Shown here piece by piece: positions 55,549 to 64,000 of a stretch of 64,000 nucleotides of DNA (positions are counted from its first letter, which is position 1; every line of letters begins with the position of its first letter). Origin of the DNA: Solobacterium sp. UBA3303. Its GTDB lineage: Bacteria; Bacillota_I; Bacilli_A; Erysipelotrichales; Erysipelotrichaceae. Made by a program: the position numbers and the translations under genes. The notes under the pieces are model-generated. The model had not been told where the DNA came from, did not search any database, and saw only the letters and a list, made by a program, of their open reading frames with translations. The DNA lies in assembly GCA_002362065.1 (NCBI GenBank), contig DESX01000013.1, forward strand, positions 1,567-65,566. Reading direction: 5' to 3'.

Positions 55549-57000
55549 TTACGATCTTGTTTCCTGTAAACGGATGACTTCCTTGTAGTAATCGACAGCC
55601 AGAGGCAGGGTATCGATATTGAGATTCTCATCGATGCCATGCATCTTCGATAACTGATCTCTTGAGACGTTGACCGGTTCGAAGCGGACGCAGGCGTCGA
55701 CATGTTTGTCATAGAACCTTGAATCCGTGCCACCCGTCACGACATATGGAAGGACACAGACGCCGGGGAAGACCTTTTCAATGGCTGTTTTGCATAAGGC
55801 AAATTGCAGACCGTTGAGGTCAAGGGAGCTTGTCGGATCGGTGCAGTTGACTTCCTCGACTTCCAGGTCATATTTTGAAGCGATCTTTCTGACGATTGCA
55901 AGTGACTCTTTTCTTCCTTCAAACGGGATGAAGCGCAGGTTGGCAGTGACATAGGCTTCCTGCGGGATGACGTTGTAGGCGTTGGATCCCTTCTGCATCG
56001 TGAAGCACATCGTCGTCTGCAGCATCGCCGCACCCTGGGATGAGATTGCCGGCATGACTTTCTTTAACAGCGGCTTGAACAGCCAGAGATTGTGGAAGAC
56101 CATCTTTAACGGGAAACTTTCGCAGTACGGTGCCAGCGTCTTCAGCATGCCTTCGACAGCCGGCGTGAATTCCACTTTGAATGGCGAATGGTTTTCGATC
56201 TCGGCTTCAAATTTCGCAAGTCTGGCGATCGGGGTGTTTTTGCCCGGGGAAGAGGAATGGCCGCCGTTTCCCTTGGCGATGATCTTAATGTCGCCATAGC
56301 CTTTTTCAAAGATGCCGACTGCGGCGAAGTTGCCTTTGACGCCGGGGATCGGATCTTCGGTGATCGTTCCGCCTTCATCGCAGACCATGTATGGCCGGAT
56401 GCCTTTATCGGTGAACCACTTTACGATCTTAGGTGCTCCATCGCCGCCGATCTCTTCGGTACAGCTTGAACCGAGATAGATATCACAATCCGGCACATAG
56501 CCGTCTTTGATCATCTCTTCGACCGCCTGATAGAAGGCGAAGACACCGCATTTGACATCGAAGCTTCCTCTTCCATGGATCACATCGTCCACGATCCGTC
56601 CTTCAAAAGGCGGATAGGTCCAATCTCCTTCGGCAGGTACGACATCAAGATGGCTGATCAGCACGATCGGTTTCTTGTCTTCACGTTTTCCTTTGTAGCG
56701 GACCAGAAGGTTTCCGTCGATATCGTATTTCTCACATTGGGCAAAGACATTCGGGAAGAGTCCTTCCATGACTTTGTGAAGTCTGCGGAACTTTTCCGGA
56801 TCTTCGATACCGCGATGGGATACCGTCTCCACCTGTATCATTTTCTGCAGTTTCAAAGCGTAGTCTTCAAAACGCTTCCGATCAGTGGAACCATGATAGA
56901 TGGATGTCTTTTTTTCAAGAAACAATGCGCGCAATGCGGCAACGCCAAGTGCGATCACCAGTAAAGCGATCAGTATCAGGATGATCTTCATAGCAGGCAC
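55549..57000 (-). CDS. M20-family metallopeptidase, N-terminally anchored
   Basis: 483 aa. TM at the N-terminus. HLDVVPAEG, SCTEEIGG and CDEGG match M20 metal-ligand blocks. Confidence 0.88.
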   Translation of the reverse strand: MPAMKIILILIALLVIALGVAALRALFLEKKTSIYHGSTDRKRFEDYALKLQKMIQVETVSHRGIEDPEKFRRLHKVMEGLFPNVFAQCEKYDIDGNLLVRYKGKREDKKPIVLISHLDVVPAEGDWTYPPFEGRIVDDVIHGRGSFDVKCGVFAFYQAVEEMIKDGYVPDCDIYLGSSCTEEIGGDGAPKIVKWFTDKGIRPYMVCDEGGTITEDPIPGVKGNFAAVGIFEKGYGDIKIIAKGNGGHSSSPGKNTPIARLAKFEAEIENHSPFKVEFTPAVEGMLKTLAPYCESFPLKMVFHNLWLFKPLLKKVMPAISSQGAAMLQTTMCFTMQKGSNAYNVIPQEAYVTANLRFIPFEGRKESLAIVRKIASKYDLEVEEVNCTDPTSSLDLNGLQFALCKTAIEKVFPGVCVLPYVVTGGTDSRFYDKHVDACVRFEPVNVSRDQLSKMHGIDENLNIDTLPLAVDYYKEVIRLQETRS

Positions 57001-57074
57001 CTCTTTTCTTTCATTATAAGCTTTGACAGGAATGAATTGAAATTGGCGAATAAAAATGATAATATACTAGTGCT

Positions 57075-57151
57075 GTCCATGTAGCTCAGTTGGATAGAGC
57101 ATCCGCCTTCTAAGCGGACGGTCGGGAGTTCGAGTCTCTCCATGGACGCCA
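57075..57151 (+). tRNA. tRNA-Arg (anticodon TCT)
   Basis: Hand-folded. Acceptor gtccatg/catggac, D-arm gctc-agttggat-agagc, anticodon stem tccgc/gcgga with loop ctTCTaa. T-arm gggag-ttcgagt-ctctc, discriminator G, encoded CCA. Confidence 0.88.
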
Positions 57152-57163
57152 CTTTGAAAAATG

Positions 57164-57187
57164 ACACCTGATAAAAGGTGTTTTTTT
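57164..57187 (+). terminator. intrinsic terminator after tRNA-Arg
   Basis: acacct/aggtgt stem followed by ttttttt. Confidence 0.6.
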
Positions 57188-57304
57188 AATGTCTGTGTTG
57201 TAATTGATCGATCACTTCACACTTTCTTTAGCTTTTTTCATATGTCAGAGAAGAAAAAAATCTCCGGCCGGAAGCAGGAAAGAAGAAACAATGTTATAAA
57301 TATC

Positions 57305-57350
57305 TTGACAGAATTGTATGAATGTATTAATGTATTAATGTATTAATACA
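57305..57350 (+). promoter_or_regulatory. promoter (TTGACA-17-TAATGT) overlapped by tandem TGTATTAA repeats and a TGTATTAATACA palindrome (candidate YtrA-type operator)
   Basis: ttgaca at 57305-57310. 8-mers tgtatgaa, tgtattaa, tgtattaa and tgtattaa at 57315-57346. Perfect 12-bp palindrome at 57339-57350, 16 nt before the GntR start. Confidence 0.55.
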
Positions 57351-57366
57351 AATGAAAGGACGAACT

Positions 57367-57726
57367 ATGGAATGGAAATTCTTGGATGATATTCCGATCT
57401 ATTTGCAGATCATAGAGCGGATAAAAGTCGATATCGTATCCGGCAGGTATGCATCCGGTGACAAGCTTCCGGCAGTGCGGGATCTGGCCACGGAGGCGGG
57501 AGTCAATCCCAACACCGTGCAAAGAGCCTTCCAGGAACTGGAACGGCAGGGTCTCGTACAAAGCGAAAGGACATCGGGCAGATACGTATCGATCGATGAT
57601 GAAAAAAAGAAAGAGCTTCAAAGAGATCTTTCACAGGACTGCATCAGGAAACTCTTTGAAGACTTGCGAAACCTGGGCATGGATGATCAGATGATCAAGG
57701 ATGCCGTTGGCAAATGGGAGGAATGA
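57367..57726 (+). CDS. GntR-family transcriptional regulator, YtrA subfamily (short)
   Basis: About 119 aa. wHTH GDKLPAVRDLATEAGVNPNTVQRAFQELERQGLV and a short helical C-terminus. ATG 57367 lies after aagga. Confidence 0.88.
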   Translation: MEWKFLDDIPIYLQIIERIKVDIVSGRYASGDKLPAVRDLATEAGVNPNTVQRAFQELERQGLVQSERTSGRYVSIDDEKKKELQRDLSQDCIRKLFEDLRNLGMDDQMIKDAVGKWEE

Positions 57727-57728
57727 AT

Positions 57729-58424
57729 ATGGAAACATTGGTATGTGAAGGCCTTTGCAAGGACTACGGTTCGATCAAGGCCTTGAATCATGTCGATCTG
57801 TCACTGAGCGAAGGAAAGATCGTCGGACTGCTGGGACCAAACGGTTCGGGCAAGACGACGCTGATCAAGATGGCTTCAAGACTGCTGGTACCAAGTGCCG
57901 GAAAGATCACGATCTGCGGCGAAGTGCCAAGCGAAAAGACCAAGGCGATCGTATCCTATCTTCCGGACAGGAACGTTTTGCCGGAGTATATGAACTGTGA
58001 TGAACTGGTGCAGATGTATCAGGATTTCTTTTCCGATTTTGAATCGGGGAGGGCATATGAGATGCTGGGATCACTGGATATCGATCCGAAGATGCCTTTG
58101 CGCAAGATGTCCAAGGGCACCAGGGAAAAGGTACAGCTGATCCTGACGATGTCAAGAAGGGCAAAGCTCTATCTGCTCGATGAGCCGATCGCCGGTGTCG
58201 ATCCGGCAGCCAGGGATTATATCTTGCGCACGATCATCTCCAATTACGATGAAAATGCGACGGTACTGATCTCGACGCATCTGATCGCAGATGTCGAGAA
58301 TGTCCTTGATGAAGCCATCTTTCTGAAGGAAGGCAGGATCATCCTGCACGAGAATGCGGATGAATTGAAAGAAAAAACAGGAAAGAGTATCGATGAATAT
58401 TTCAGGGAGGTCTTCGCATGTTAG
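57729..58424 (+). CDS. ABC transporter ATP-binding protein
   Basis: Walker A GPNGSGKTT, Walker B LYLLDEP, deviant signature MSKGTREK. Start ATG 57729 is 7 nt after ggagga. Confidence 0.9.
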   Translation: METLVCEGLCKDYGSIKALNHVDLSLSEGKIVGLLGPNGSGKTTLIKMASRLLVPSAGKITICGEVPSEKTKAIVSYLPDRNVLPEYMNCDELVQMYQDFFSDFESGRAYEMLGSLDIDPKMPLRKMSKGTREKVQLILTMSRRAKLYLLDEPIAGVDPAARDYILRTIISNYDENATVLISTHLIADVENVLDEAIFLKEGRIILHENADELKEKTGKSIDEYFREVFAC

Positions 58425-59155
58425 GAAAACTGATCAAATATGATTTCAAAGCACTTGCGAAAAACATGTTTCCGATCTACGCATTGATGATCGCACTGAC
58501 ATTTGCGTGTTCACTGATGATCCGTTTCAACCTGGAACGCAGTTTTGTTTTCGGTATCGCGATGTTTGCCTGGGTCGTATCGATGTCTTCTTCTTTTGCG
58601 ATCACGATCTGGATGACCGTCATGCGTTTCTACCACGGCTTATTGAAGAATGAAGGCTATCTGTCCTTTGCCCTGCCGGTAAAGACGGCGACCCATATCC
58701 TGGCCAAGGCTTTCAACGCCCTCATCTGGGCGGTGGTCGAAGTGATCGCCCTGGGGATCTGCGCTCTGATATTTGCCTTTACGGTCGCGCCGCTCAGGGA
58801 TCTGATGGAAGCATTCAAATACTTCTTTACGATCGATGCGGATTTCTATCTGATGTTATTGCAGATGGCGCTGCTTGGTGCACTGGAACTGCTGGCTGGC
58901 GACTGCCTGTTCTTTGCGGCTTTTTCGATCGCGCATCTGTTTGACAGGCACCAGAAGCTGATCGCCGGAGTATTCGTGGTATTGATGTTTATCTTAAGGG
59001 GCTTCCTGTTCCCGCCACGCTTCTCGATGGAGTTTGGCCCGGGATCGGAATTCGTCCTTCTGCATCCGCTTCTGTTCATCATTCCGCTTGCACTGACAAT
59101 CGTATACTCCCTTGTGACCTGGTATATCCTTGATAAAAAACTCAACCTGCAATGA
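58418..59155 (+). CDS. polytopic membrane protein (ABC-2-like permease partner)
   Basis: 245 aa, about 6 TM helices, overlaps the ATPase gene by 7 nt. Confidence 0.6.
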   Translation: MLGKLIKYDFKALAKNMFPIYALMIALTFACSLMIRFNLERSFVFGIAMFAWVVSMSSSFAITIWMTVMRFYHGLLKNEGYLSFALPVKTATHILAKAFNALIWAVVEVIALGICALIFAFTVAPLRDLMEAFKYFFTIDADFYLMLLQMALLGALELLAGDCLFFAAFSIAHLFDRHQKLIAGVFVVLMFILRGFLFPPRFSMEFGPGSEFVLLHPLLFIIPLALTIVYSLVTWYILDKKLNLQ

Positions 59156-59871
59156 CGAAAAAACTGCTGACATTTGTTTTCATCCTTCTTCTGATGATCG
59201 CAGCCTGCCTGGGCTTTCTGGGCTATCAGGGCTACATCCGCTATCAAAGGGAGATCGAAAAGCTGCCGATACAGGAAGCGGTGAAAGCTTATACGGAAAA
59301 AGAAGACTATGTCACGTTTGAGCAGATCGATGAAGACTTCGTCAATGCGGTCATCGCTGTGGAAGACAAGCGTTTCTTTACAAGAAAGGGTTATGATCTG
59401 ATCGCTCTTGTCAGGGCACTCTGGCACAATATCCGTTACAAGGATCTTGTGGAAGGGGGTTCGACCATCTCCGAGCAGATCGCCAAGAACCTGTATCTGG
59501 AAGGCTATGTCGATGGTCTGGAAGAAAAGGCGGCAGAGATCTTCCTGATGTTTGATCTGGAAAGACACTTTTCCAAGAAAGAACTCTTTGCCTTATACGC
59601 CAATATGAATTACTATGGCGATGGCTACTGGGGCATCGCACAGGCATGCGAAGGCTACTATGGCCTGAAACCGGATGAACTGTCCCTGGCTAAGGCTGCC
59701 ATCCTGGCGGGCATCCCCAATGCGCCAGCCATCTACCAGCTTTCCGATGGCTATCAATATGCCAAAGAAAGGCAGGCCTGGGTCTTACAGACGATGCTGA
59801 ACAACGAAATGATCACAGAGTCTGAAATGGAAGAGGCCCTGAAGGAAGATGTTAAACCAATAGAAAAATGA
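59152..59871 (+). CDS. monofunctional peptidoglycan glycosyltransferase (GT51)
   Basis: 239 aa. N-terminal TM, AVEDKRFF and GGSTISEQ motifs, no transpeptidase domain. ATGA overlap with the upstream gene. Confidence 0.9.
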   Translation: MTKKLLTFVFILLLMIAACLGFLGYQGYIRYQREIEKLPIQEAVKAYTEKEDYVTFEQIDEDFVNAVIAVEDKRFFTRKGYDLIALVRALWHNIRYKDLVEGGSTISEQIAKNLYLEGYVDGLEEKAAEIFLMFDLERHFSKKELFALYANMNYYGDGYWGIAQACEGYYGLKPDELSLAKAAILAGIPNAPAIYQLSDGYQYAKERQAWVLQTMLNNEMITESEMEEALKEDVKPIEK

Positions 59872-59897
59872 GAGTCTCACTAACGAGACTCTCTTTC
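59868..59897. terminator. bidirectional intrinsic terminator between convergent genes
   Basis: gagagtctc/gagactctc 9-bp stem with tttcatt on the + strand. It overlaps both stop codons. Confidence 0.65.
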
Positions 59898-60578
59898 ATT
59901 CAGAAAACCTTTGAGTATTTCAATGGAAGCGGAAGTGCCGATCCTTTCGGCTCCGGCTTCCAGCATCTTTTTGCAGGTATCCCAGTCGCGGATCCCGCCG
60001 GCAGCTTTGACTTTGACTTCTTCGCCAACCGTTTCCTTCATCAGTTTTACATCTTCAACAGTTGCCCCGGATGTTCCAAAACCGGTCGATGTCTTGATGA
60101 AATCGGGCTTTACCTTCTTTGCGATCAGGGCAGCCTGTTTTATCTCTTCCTTGCTGAGATAGCAGTTTTCGAAGATGACTTTGACAAGTATATTGTTCTG
60201 ATGACAGATATCGGTGATGGCCTTCATCTCTTCTTCAATGTATTGAAGATCGCCATCCTTGAGTTTTCCGACATTTAGGACATAGTCGATCTCATCGGCA
60301 CCTTCCTCGATCGCCTTTTTCGTTTCAAAGCATTTGGTTTCGATGCTGGTCTGTCCCAGAGGGAAACTGATGGCTGCACCGACATGGATGTCCGTACCTT
60401 CAAGAAGCTTTTTGCATAACGGGACCGGATAAGAATTGATGGCAACCATTTTGAAATGGTATTGTTTTGCCTCGGTGCAGAGCTTTTCAAAATCGGCTCG
60501 TTTTGCGTAGGCTTTTAAGAAGGTGTGGTCAAACAGCTGACACAGCTTGTCGCGATCAAGTGTTTCAATATCGATCAT
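59880..60578 (-). CDS. deoC: deoxyribose-phosphate aldolase
   Basis: Start at ATG 60578 (MIDIETLD...). Motifs FDHTFLK, VKVIFE and FIKTSTGF (Schiff-base Lys). ATGA overlap with the upstream hydrolase. The 111-codon ORF-track extension was rejected. Confidence 0.92.
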   Translation of the reverse strand: MIDIETLDRDKLCQLFDHTFLKAYAKRADFEKLCTEAKQYHFKMVAINSYPVPLCKKLLEGTDIHVGAAISFPLGQTSIETKCFETKKAIEEGADEIDYVLNVGKLKDGDLQYIEEEMKAITDICHQNNILVKVIFENCYLSKEEIKQAALIAKKVKPDFIKTSTGFGTSGATVEDVKLMKETVGEEVKVKAAGGIRDWDTCKKMLEAGAERIGTSASIEILKGFLNERESR

Positions 60579-61549
60579 AACTGCTCCCGAAATGCGTCGA
60601 TGAAGATCTTCGAGAAAAGCTTCGGATCGCCGTTGAAGGCAAAATACACGTTCCGGTTTTCCTGCTTTGCCCGCTGGTCGACGCAGGTCTGACCTTCCGT
60701 GAGACCGGAAAGGGAAACTTCGACATTGCAGAATTTCACATCCTTTAAAACATCCCTGTCGATCAGATAGGCGATGCAAAGCGGATCGTGAAGGGCACAG
60801 GAATGAGGAACTTTTAGAGGCTGGGCATAGTCGTGGACCTTGATGCGCCGTTCGATCAGATCGGCCGCAAAGACGGAAGCCGGTGTGTTGATCTGCTTGA
60901 GTTTTTCGCAATCCTCCTGCGTAATGTAGGCGGCATGGGTCGCATCGAGCGGGACCATCGTGATCTTTGCGCCGCAGTGAAGGACTCTTTGCGCCGCTTC
61001 CGGATCATCATAGATATTGAATTCGGCAGCTAGCGTGGCGTTTGTGATGTTCCAGCCGCCGCCCATGATGACGATTTCTTCGATGTTTTTGACGATATCC
61101 GGTTCCATGACCAAAGCTACCGCAAGATTGGTCAGAGGCCCGACGGCAACGATCGTGACCGGTTCTTTGGCGTTTTTGAAATATTCGACATAGAAGTTTG
61201 GCGCGTTGAGCGTTTCGATCCTTCCATCCGATGCAGGAAGGTCAAAAAGTTCCTGGTGGATGTGGATCTTGTTTCCTTTCTCGTCGTAGGCGTCCGCATT
61301 GGCCGTCGGCGGGATGCGCGGATAAACGACATTTTTGACTAAGGATCCGGAACATCCTTTGTAGACCGGGAAATCTGCGTGCAGCAAATCCCTGATGCGC
61401 AGTGTGTTTTCCGTCGTGTATTGAATCGGCTGGTTTCCTTTGACGGTGCATACGCCGATCAGATCGATATCCTTGTGTAAGTATGCCAGCATGACCGCGC
61501 AGGCATCATCGGATCCGGTATCAACGTCGAGTATGATCTTTCTTGGCAT
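60575..61549 (-). CDS. nucleoside hydrolase (IUNH family)
   Basis: 324 aa. DVDTGSDD N-terminal motif. SD aaggagag upstream. Confidence 0.9.
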   Translation of the reverse strand: MPRKIILDVDTGSDDACAVMLAYLHKDIDLIGVCTVKGNQPIQYTTENTLRIRDLLHADFPVYKGCSGSLVKNVVYPRIPPTANADAYDEKGNKIHIHQELFDLPASDGRIETLNAPNFYVEYFKNAKEPVTIVAVGPLTNLAVALVMEPDIVKNIEEIVIMGGGWNITNATLAAEFNIYDDPEAAQRVLHCGAKITMVPLDATHAAYITQEDCEKLKQINTPASVFAADLIERRIKVHDYAQPLKVPHSCALHDPLCIAYLIDRDVLKDVKFCNVEVSLSGLTEGQTCVDQRAKQENRNVYFAFNGDPKLFSKIFIDAFREQL

Positions 61550-61561
61550 GGTTTCTCTCCT

Positions 61562-61594
61562 TAAAAAGAAGGAGGAACGATCCTGTTCCTCCTT
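61562..61594 (-). terminator. intrinsic terminator after rubrerythrin gene
   Basis: aaggaggaac/gttcctcctt 10-bp stem. On the minus strand it is followed by cttttt. Confidence 0.7.
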
Positions 61595-61649
61595 ATGGTA
61601 CGTAAGAGTTTACTGATCTGTTTCAGATCAATCGGTTTGAGTTGGCGAT

Positions 61650-62240
61650 TTACTCACCAAAGAGTCTCTTTAAAAGACCTTCGAGAGCCTTGCCGTGTCT
61701 TGCCTCATCTCTTGCCATCTCATGAACGGTGTCATGGATCGCATCGAGGTTGTACTTCTTTGCCAGAGTTGCGAGCTCAGTCTTGCCGGCTGTTGCGCCA
61801 TATTCGCAGTCAACTCTCCACTTGAGGTTGGCTTTGGTGGAAGCTGTCATATTCTTTTCAAGATCTGTTCCTAAGAGTTCAGCGAACTTGGCTGCATGTT
61901 CTGCTTCTTCGAAAGCGGCCTTTTCCCAATACAGACCAGCTTCAGGGTAGCCTTCTCTGTAGGCGACTCTTGACATTGCCAGGTACATGCCGACTTCAGA
62001 GCATTCACCGTTGAAGTTGGAGACCAGCTGGTCATAGATGTATTTCTTGTCGACATCCGGAATGCCCGGGTTGTTTTTGACAGTCTCGCCATAGACACCG
62101 AACTTGTGTTCAGCGGCAAGCTTCATCTCACCTTTGACTTCTTCGAAGTTTTCAGCACCTGTATGGCATACCGGACACTCAGCAGGGGCTGCATCTCCTT
62201 CATATACATAACCACAAACTTTACAAACAAATTTTGCCAT
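61650..62240 (-). CDS. rbr: reverse rubrerythrin (N-terminal rubredoxin-like, C-terminal di-iron ferritin-like domain)
   Basis: CKVCGY...CPVC at the N-terminus. ExxH pairs FEEAEH and RDEARH. Start at ATG 62240 after aaggagag. Confidence 0.88.
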   Translation of the reverse strand: MAKFVCKVCGYVYEGDAAPAECPVCHTGAENFEEVKGEMKLAAEHKFGVYGETVKNNPGIPDVDKKYIYDQLVSNFNGECSEVGMYLAMSRVAYREGYPEAGLYWEKAAFEEAEHAAKFAELLGTDLEKNMTASTKANLKWRVDCEYGATAGKTELATLAKKYNLDAIHDTVHEMARDEARHGKALEGLLKRLFGE

Positions 62241-62337
62241 TAGAATCTCTCCTTTTATTACCTCCATTATCTCATATTTTTAAAGAAATAGCTTTCCGTG
62301 ATACAATAAACATGTGCTTATATAGCTAAACATAATT

Positions 62338-63432
62338 ATGACAAAAAAGGAAAGAGAGATCCTTGAGATCATCAAGGAAGATCCGACGATCGAGCAGAGT
62401 GAGATCGCAAGGATCCTTTCGATCTCAAGAAGTACAGTTGCCGTTCATATCTCATCCCTGCAGAAAAAAGGATATCTTTTAGGCAAGGGCTACATCGTGG
62501 CGGAGGAAGACTATATCGTCGGGATCGGGGCTTCCAACGTCGACGTCTATGGAAAATCAAGGATCCCATTAAGGCCGCACTATGATCATCCGGCGGATAT
62601 CCTAACGTCTGTCGGCGGCGTGATGCACAACATCGTCACCAATTACACATTATTAGGCGGCAAGGCCCGCATGATCACGGCGATCGGCGATGACAGCTAT
62701 GGAAAGCTGATCTTGGAGGATTTCCGTCAGCATCAGATCGATATCTCCGAATCCGTCAAGGCAAGCGGACCATCCGGGGTTTTCATTCAGATACAGGATG
62801 AAAACAACGACATGCATATGGCGATCTGCGATATGTCTGTCTTAGATAAGATCACGCCCGACTTCATCGAATCCAAGCGAAAACTATTGACCAACGCAAG
62901 GCTCGTGGTCATCGATCCTTCCTTGTCGGAAGCATGTATCGAAAAGATCATTTCCATCTGCAAGTCCGTGACACCGATCTGCATCGATCCGATCTCGGAC
63001 AACTTCGCTTTGAAGATCAAGCCATACGTCAAAGACTTCGCTTTGATCAAGCCGAACCGCTATGAACTTGAAAAGCTCGCGGATATGAAGATCGAAACAA
63101 AGGCCGATATGGAAAAAGCCTGCAGGGTCCTGATCGGCCAGGGTTGCAAAAAGGTCCTGCTTTCTTTGGGAAAAGATGGTATCCTGTACATGGATGAAAA
63201 GACGAAGATCATCCGTCATTTCAAGGAAGAAAAGCACATGGTCAACGCTTCCGGAGCCGGTGATGCCTTAATGGCTTCGATGTTATATGGAATGGTCAAG
63301 GGATATACGATCTCTGACACCATCGACTTAGGGCTGGCGGCCGGCATTGCGGCGATACGCTCAAAGGAAGCGATCAATGAAGACTTATCAATCAAGCTTT
63401 TGAAGCAGATCATAAAGGAGAGTAAAAAATGA
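62338..63432 (+). CDS. psuK: pseudouridine kinase-like PfkB kinase fused to an N-terminal winged-helix domain
   Basis: 364 aa. wHTH ([40 protein letters not shown]) plus a ribokinase fold with [12 protein letters not shown] overlap with psuG. Confidence 0.8.
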   Translation: MTKKEREILEIIKEDPTIEQSEIARILSISRSTVAVHISSLQKKGYLLGKGYIVAEEDYIVGIGASNVDVYGKSRIPLRPHYDHPADILTSVGGVMHNIVTNYTLLGGKARMITAIGDDSYGKLILEDFRQHQIDISESVKASGPSGVFIQIQDENNDMHMAICDMSVLDKITPDFIESKRKLLTNARLVVIDPSLSEACIEKIISICKSVTPICIDPISDNFALKIKPYVKDFALIKPNRYELEKLADMKIETKADMEKACRVLIGQGCKKVLLSLGKDGILYMDEKTKIIRHFKEEKHMVNASGAGDALMASMLYGMVKGYTISDTIDLGLAAGIAAIRSKEAINEDLSIKLLKQIIKESKK

Positions 63433-64000
63433 ATTACCAGAAGTATTTATCCATCACACCGGAGATCGAAGAGGCATTAAAGGAAGGAAGACCTGTTGTT
63501 GCATTGGAGTCAACGATCCTTTCCCATGGCATGCCTTATCCCGAGAATATCGAATTTGCCCACAAGGTCGAAGAGATCGTCAGAGGCGAAGGCTGTATCC
63601 CGGCTACGACCGCGATCATCGGCGGCAAGCTCAAAGTCGGTCTGAATTCCGATGAACTTGAGCTCATGTGCAAGGGCGAAAACATCGCCAAGGCTTCAAG
63701 AAGAGACGTCGCCGTCTATCTTTCCAATGGCCAGACAGCCGCAACGACAGTCGCGACGACGATGCTGATCGCAGATATGGCAGGTATTCGTATCTTTGCG
63801 ACCGGCGGTATCGGCGGTGTGCACAGAGGTGCCCAGCAGACGATGGATATCTCAGCAGACCTGCAGGAATTTGCCCACACCAATGTCTGTGTCGTTTCCG
63901 CAGGATGCAAGTCGATCCTCGATATCGGCCTGACACTCGAATATCTTGAGACCTATGGTGTTCCGGTACTCGGCTATCAGACAGATGAGTTCCCGGCATT
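63429..64000 (+). CDS. psuG: pseudouridine-5'-phosphate glycosidase (3' end cut by window edge)
   Basis: My own translation from the ATG at 63429: [41 protein letters not shown]...[11 protein letters not shown]...[28 protein letters not shown]. This is characteristic of PsuG/YeiN. The frame is open to the window end. Confidence 0.9.
   Translation, partial: MNYQKYLSITPEIEEALKEGRPVVALESTILSHGMPYPENIEFAHKVEEIVRGEGCIPATTAIIGGKLKVGLNSDELELMCKGENIAKASRRDVAVYLSNGQTAATTVATTMLIADMAGIRIFATGGIGGVHRGAQQTMDISADLQEFAHTNVCVVSAGCKSILDIGLTLEYLETYGVPVLGYQTDEFPA

Noticed and set aside
55548-55733. 62-codon upstream extension of the esterase ORF. Comparable extensions occur at 53188-53364 (mtnA), 25170-25280 (nucleoside hydrolase), 30243-30278 (BMP lipoprotein), 19043-19075 (patatin) and 23676-23705 (cdd).
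   Set aside because: The extensions overlap neighbouring genes or a tRNA-flanking region and lack an SD. They precede an internal ATG with a good SD and a family-typical N-terminus, or a signal peptide in the lipoprotein case.
57315-57350. Tandem 8-mer repeats considered as a CRISPR-like or microsatellite element.
   Set aside because: There are only four 8-bp units with no spacers. Their position over a promoter immediately upstream of a GntR gene makes an operator the simpler explanation.
60579-60911. 111-codon N-terminal extension of the deoC ORF in the six-frame track.
   Set aside because: It overlaps the 3' end of the nucleoside hydrolase gene in another frame, and its translation is Arg/Ser/Cys-rich nonsense. 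The DeoC family N-terminus begins at the ATG at 60578, which forms an ATGA junction with the hydrolase stop.

Overview
The window is 64 kb of a gene-dense chromosome, about 70 real genes, mostly on the + strand. It looks like a low-GC Gram-positive anaerobe (Bacillota, possibly Erysipelotrichia-like), a guess from gene content and Shine-Dalgarno (SD) style only. I found no rRNA, CRISPR array, IS element, integrase or phage genes. Recognisable content, in order:
- ABC importer tail, aldo/keto reductase, ppiB and gdhA.
- Arginine deiminase operon arcABC, with a convergent ornithine-cyclodeaminase-like gene.
- A heterodimeric ABC exporter pair, tRNA-Pro(CGG) and pyk.
- A large nucleoside-salvage island (about 22.5-35.2 kb): fucose-isomerase-like gene plus cdd, a nucleoside hydrolase, a deaminase-type amidohydrolase, three tandem Udp/PNP-family phosphorylase paralogs, a small membrane protein and a BMP-type ABC importer.
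- An MFS / alpha-beta hydrolase / GH42 operon, then glnA.
- A MetRS-like gene overlapping mtnA, then tRNA-Arg(TCT).
- A YtrA-type GntR/ABC operon ending in a monofunctional peptidoglycan glycosyltransferase.
- A second nucleoside locus: deoC, a nucleoside hydrolase, and psuK-psuG.

The best candidate for an undescribed system is a tightly packed operon of about 10.4 kb and ten genes (35226-45637), bracketed by intrinsic terminators. It combines:
- a soluble VTC-type (triphosphate-tunnel) polyphosphate-polymerase domain protein;
- a DUF4956 membrane protein;
- a membrane-anchored CotH-family kinase;
- several membrane-anchored proteins of unknown function;
- a processive family-2 glycosyltransferase (GT2) with a QRRRW motif;
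- a flavodoxin and an E2/CAT-fold acyltransferase-like protein lacking the catalytic His.

I interpret it as a cell-envelope glycan synthesis and phospho-modification machine. That function is inference only.

All calls rest on by-eye motif recognition and operon geometry. No searches or folding calculations were run.
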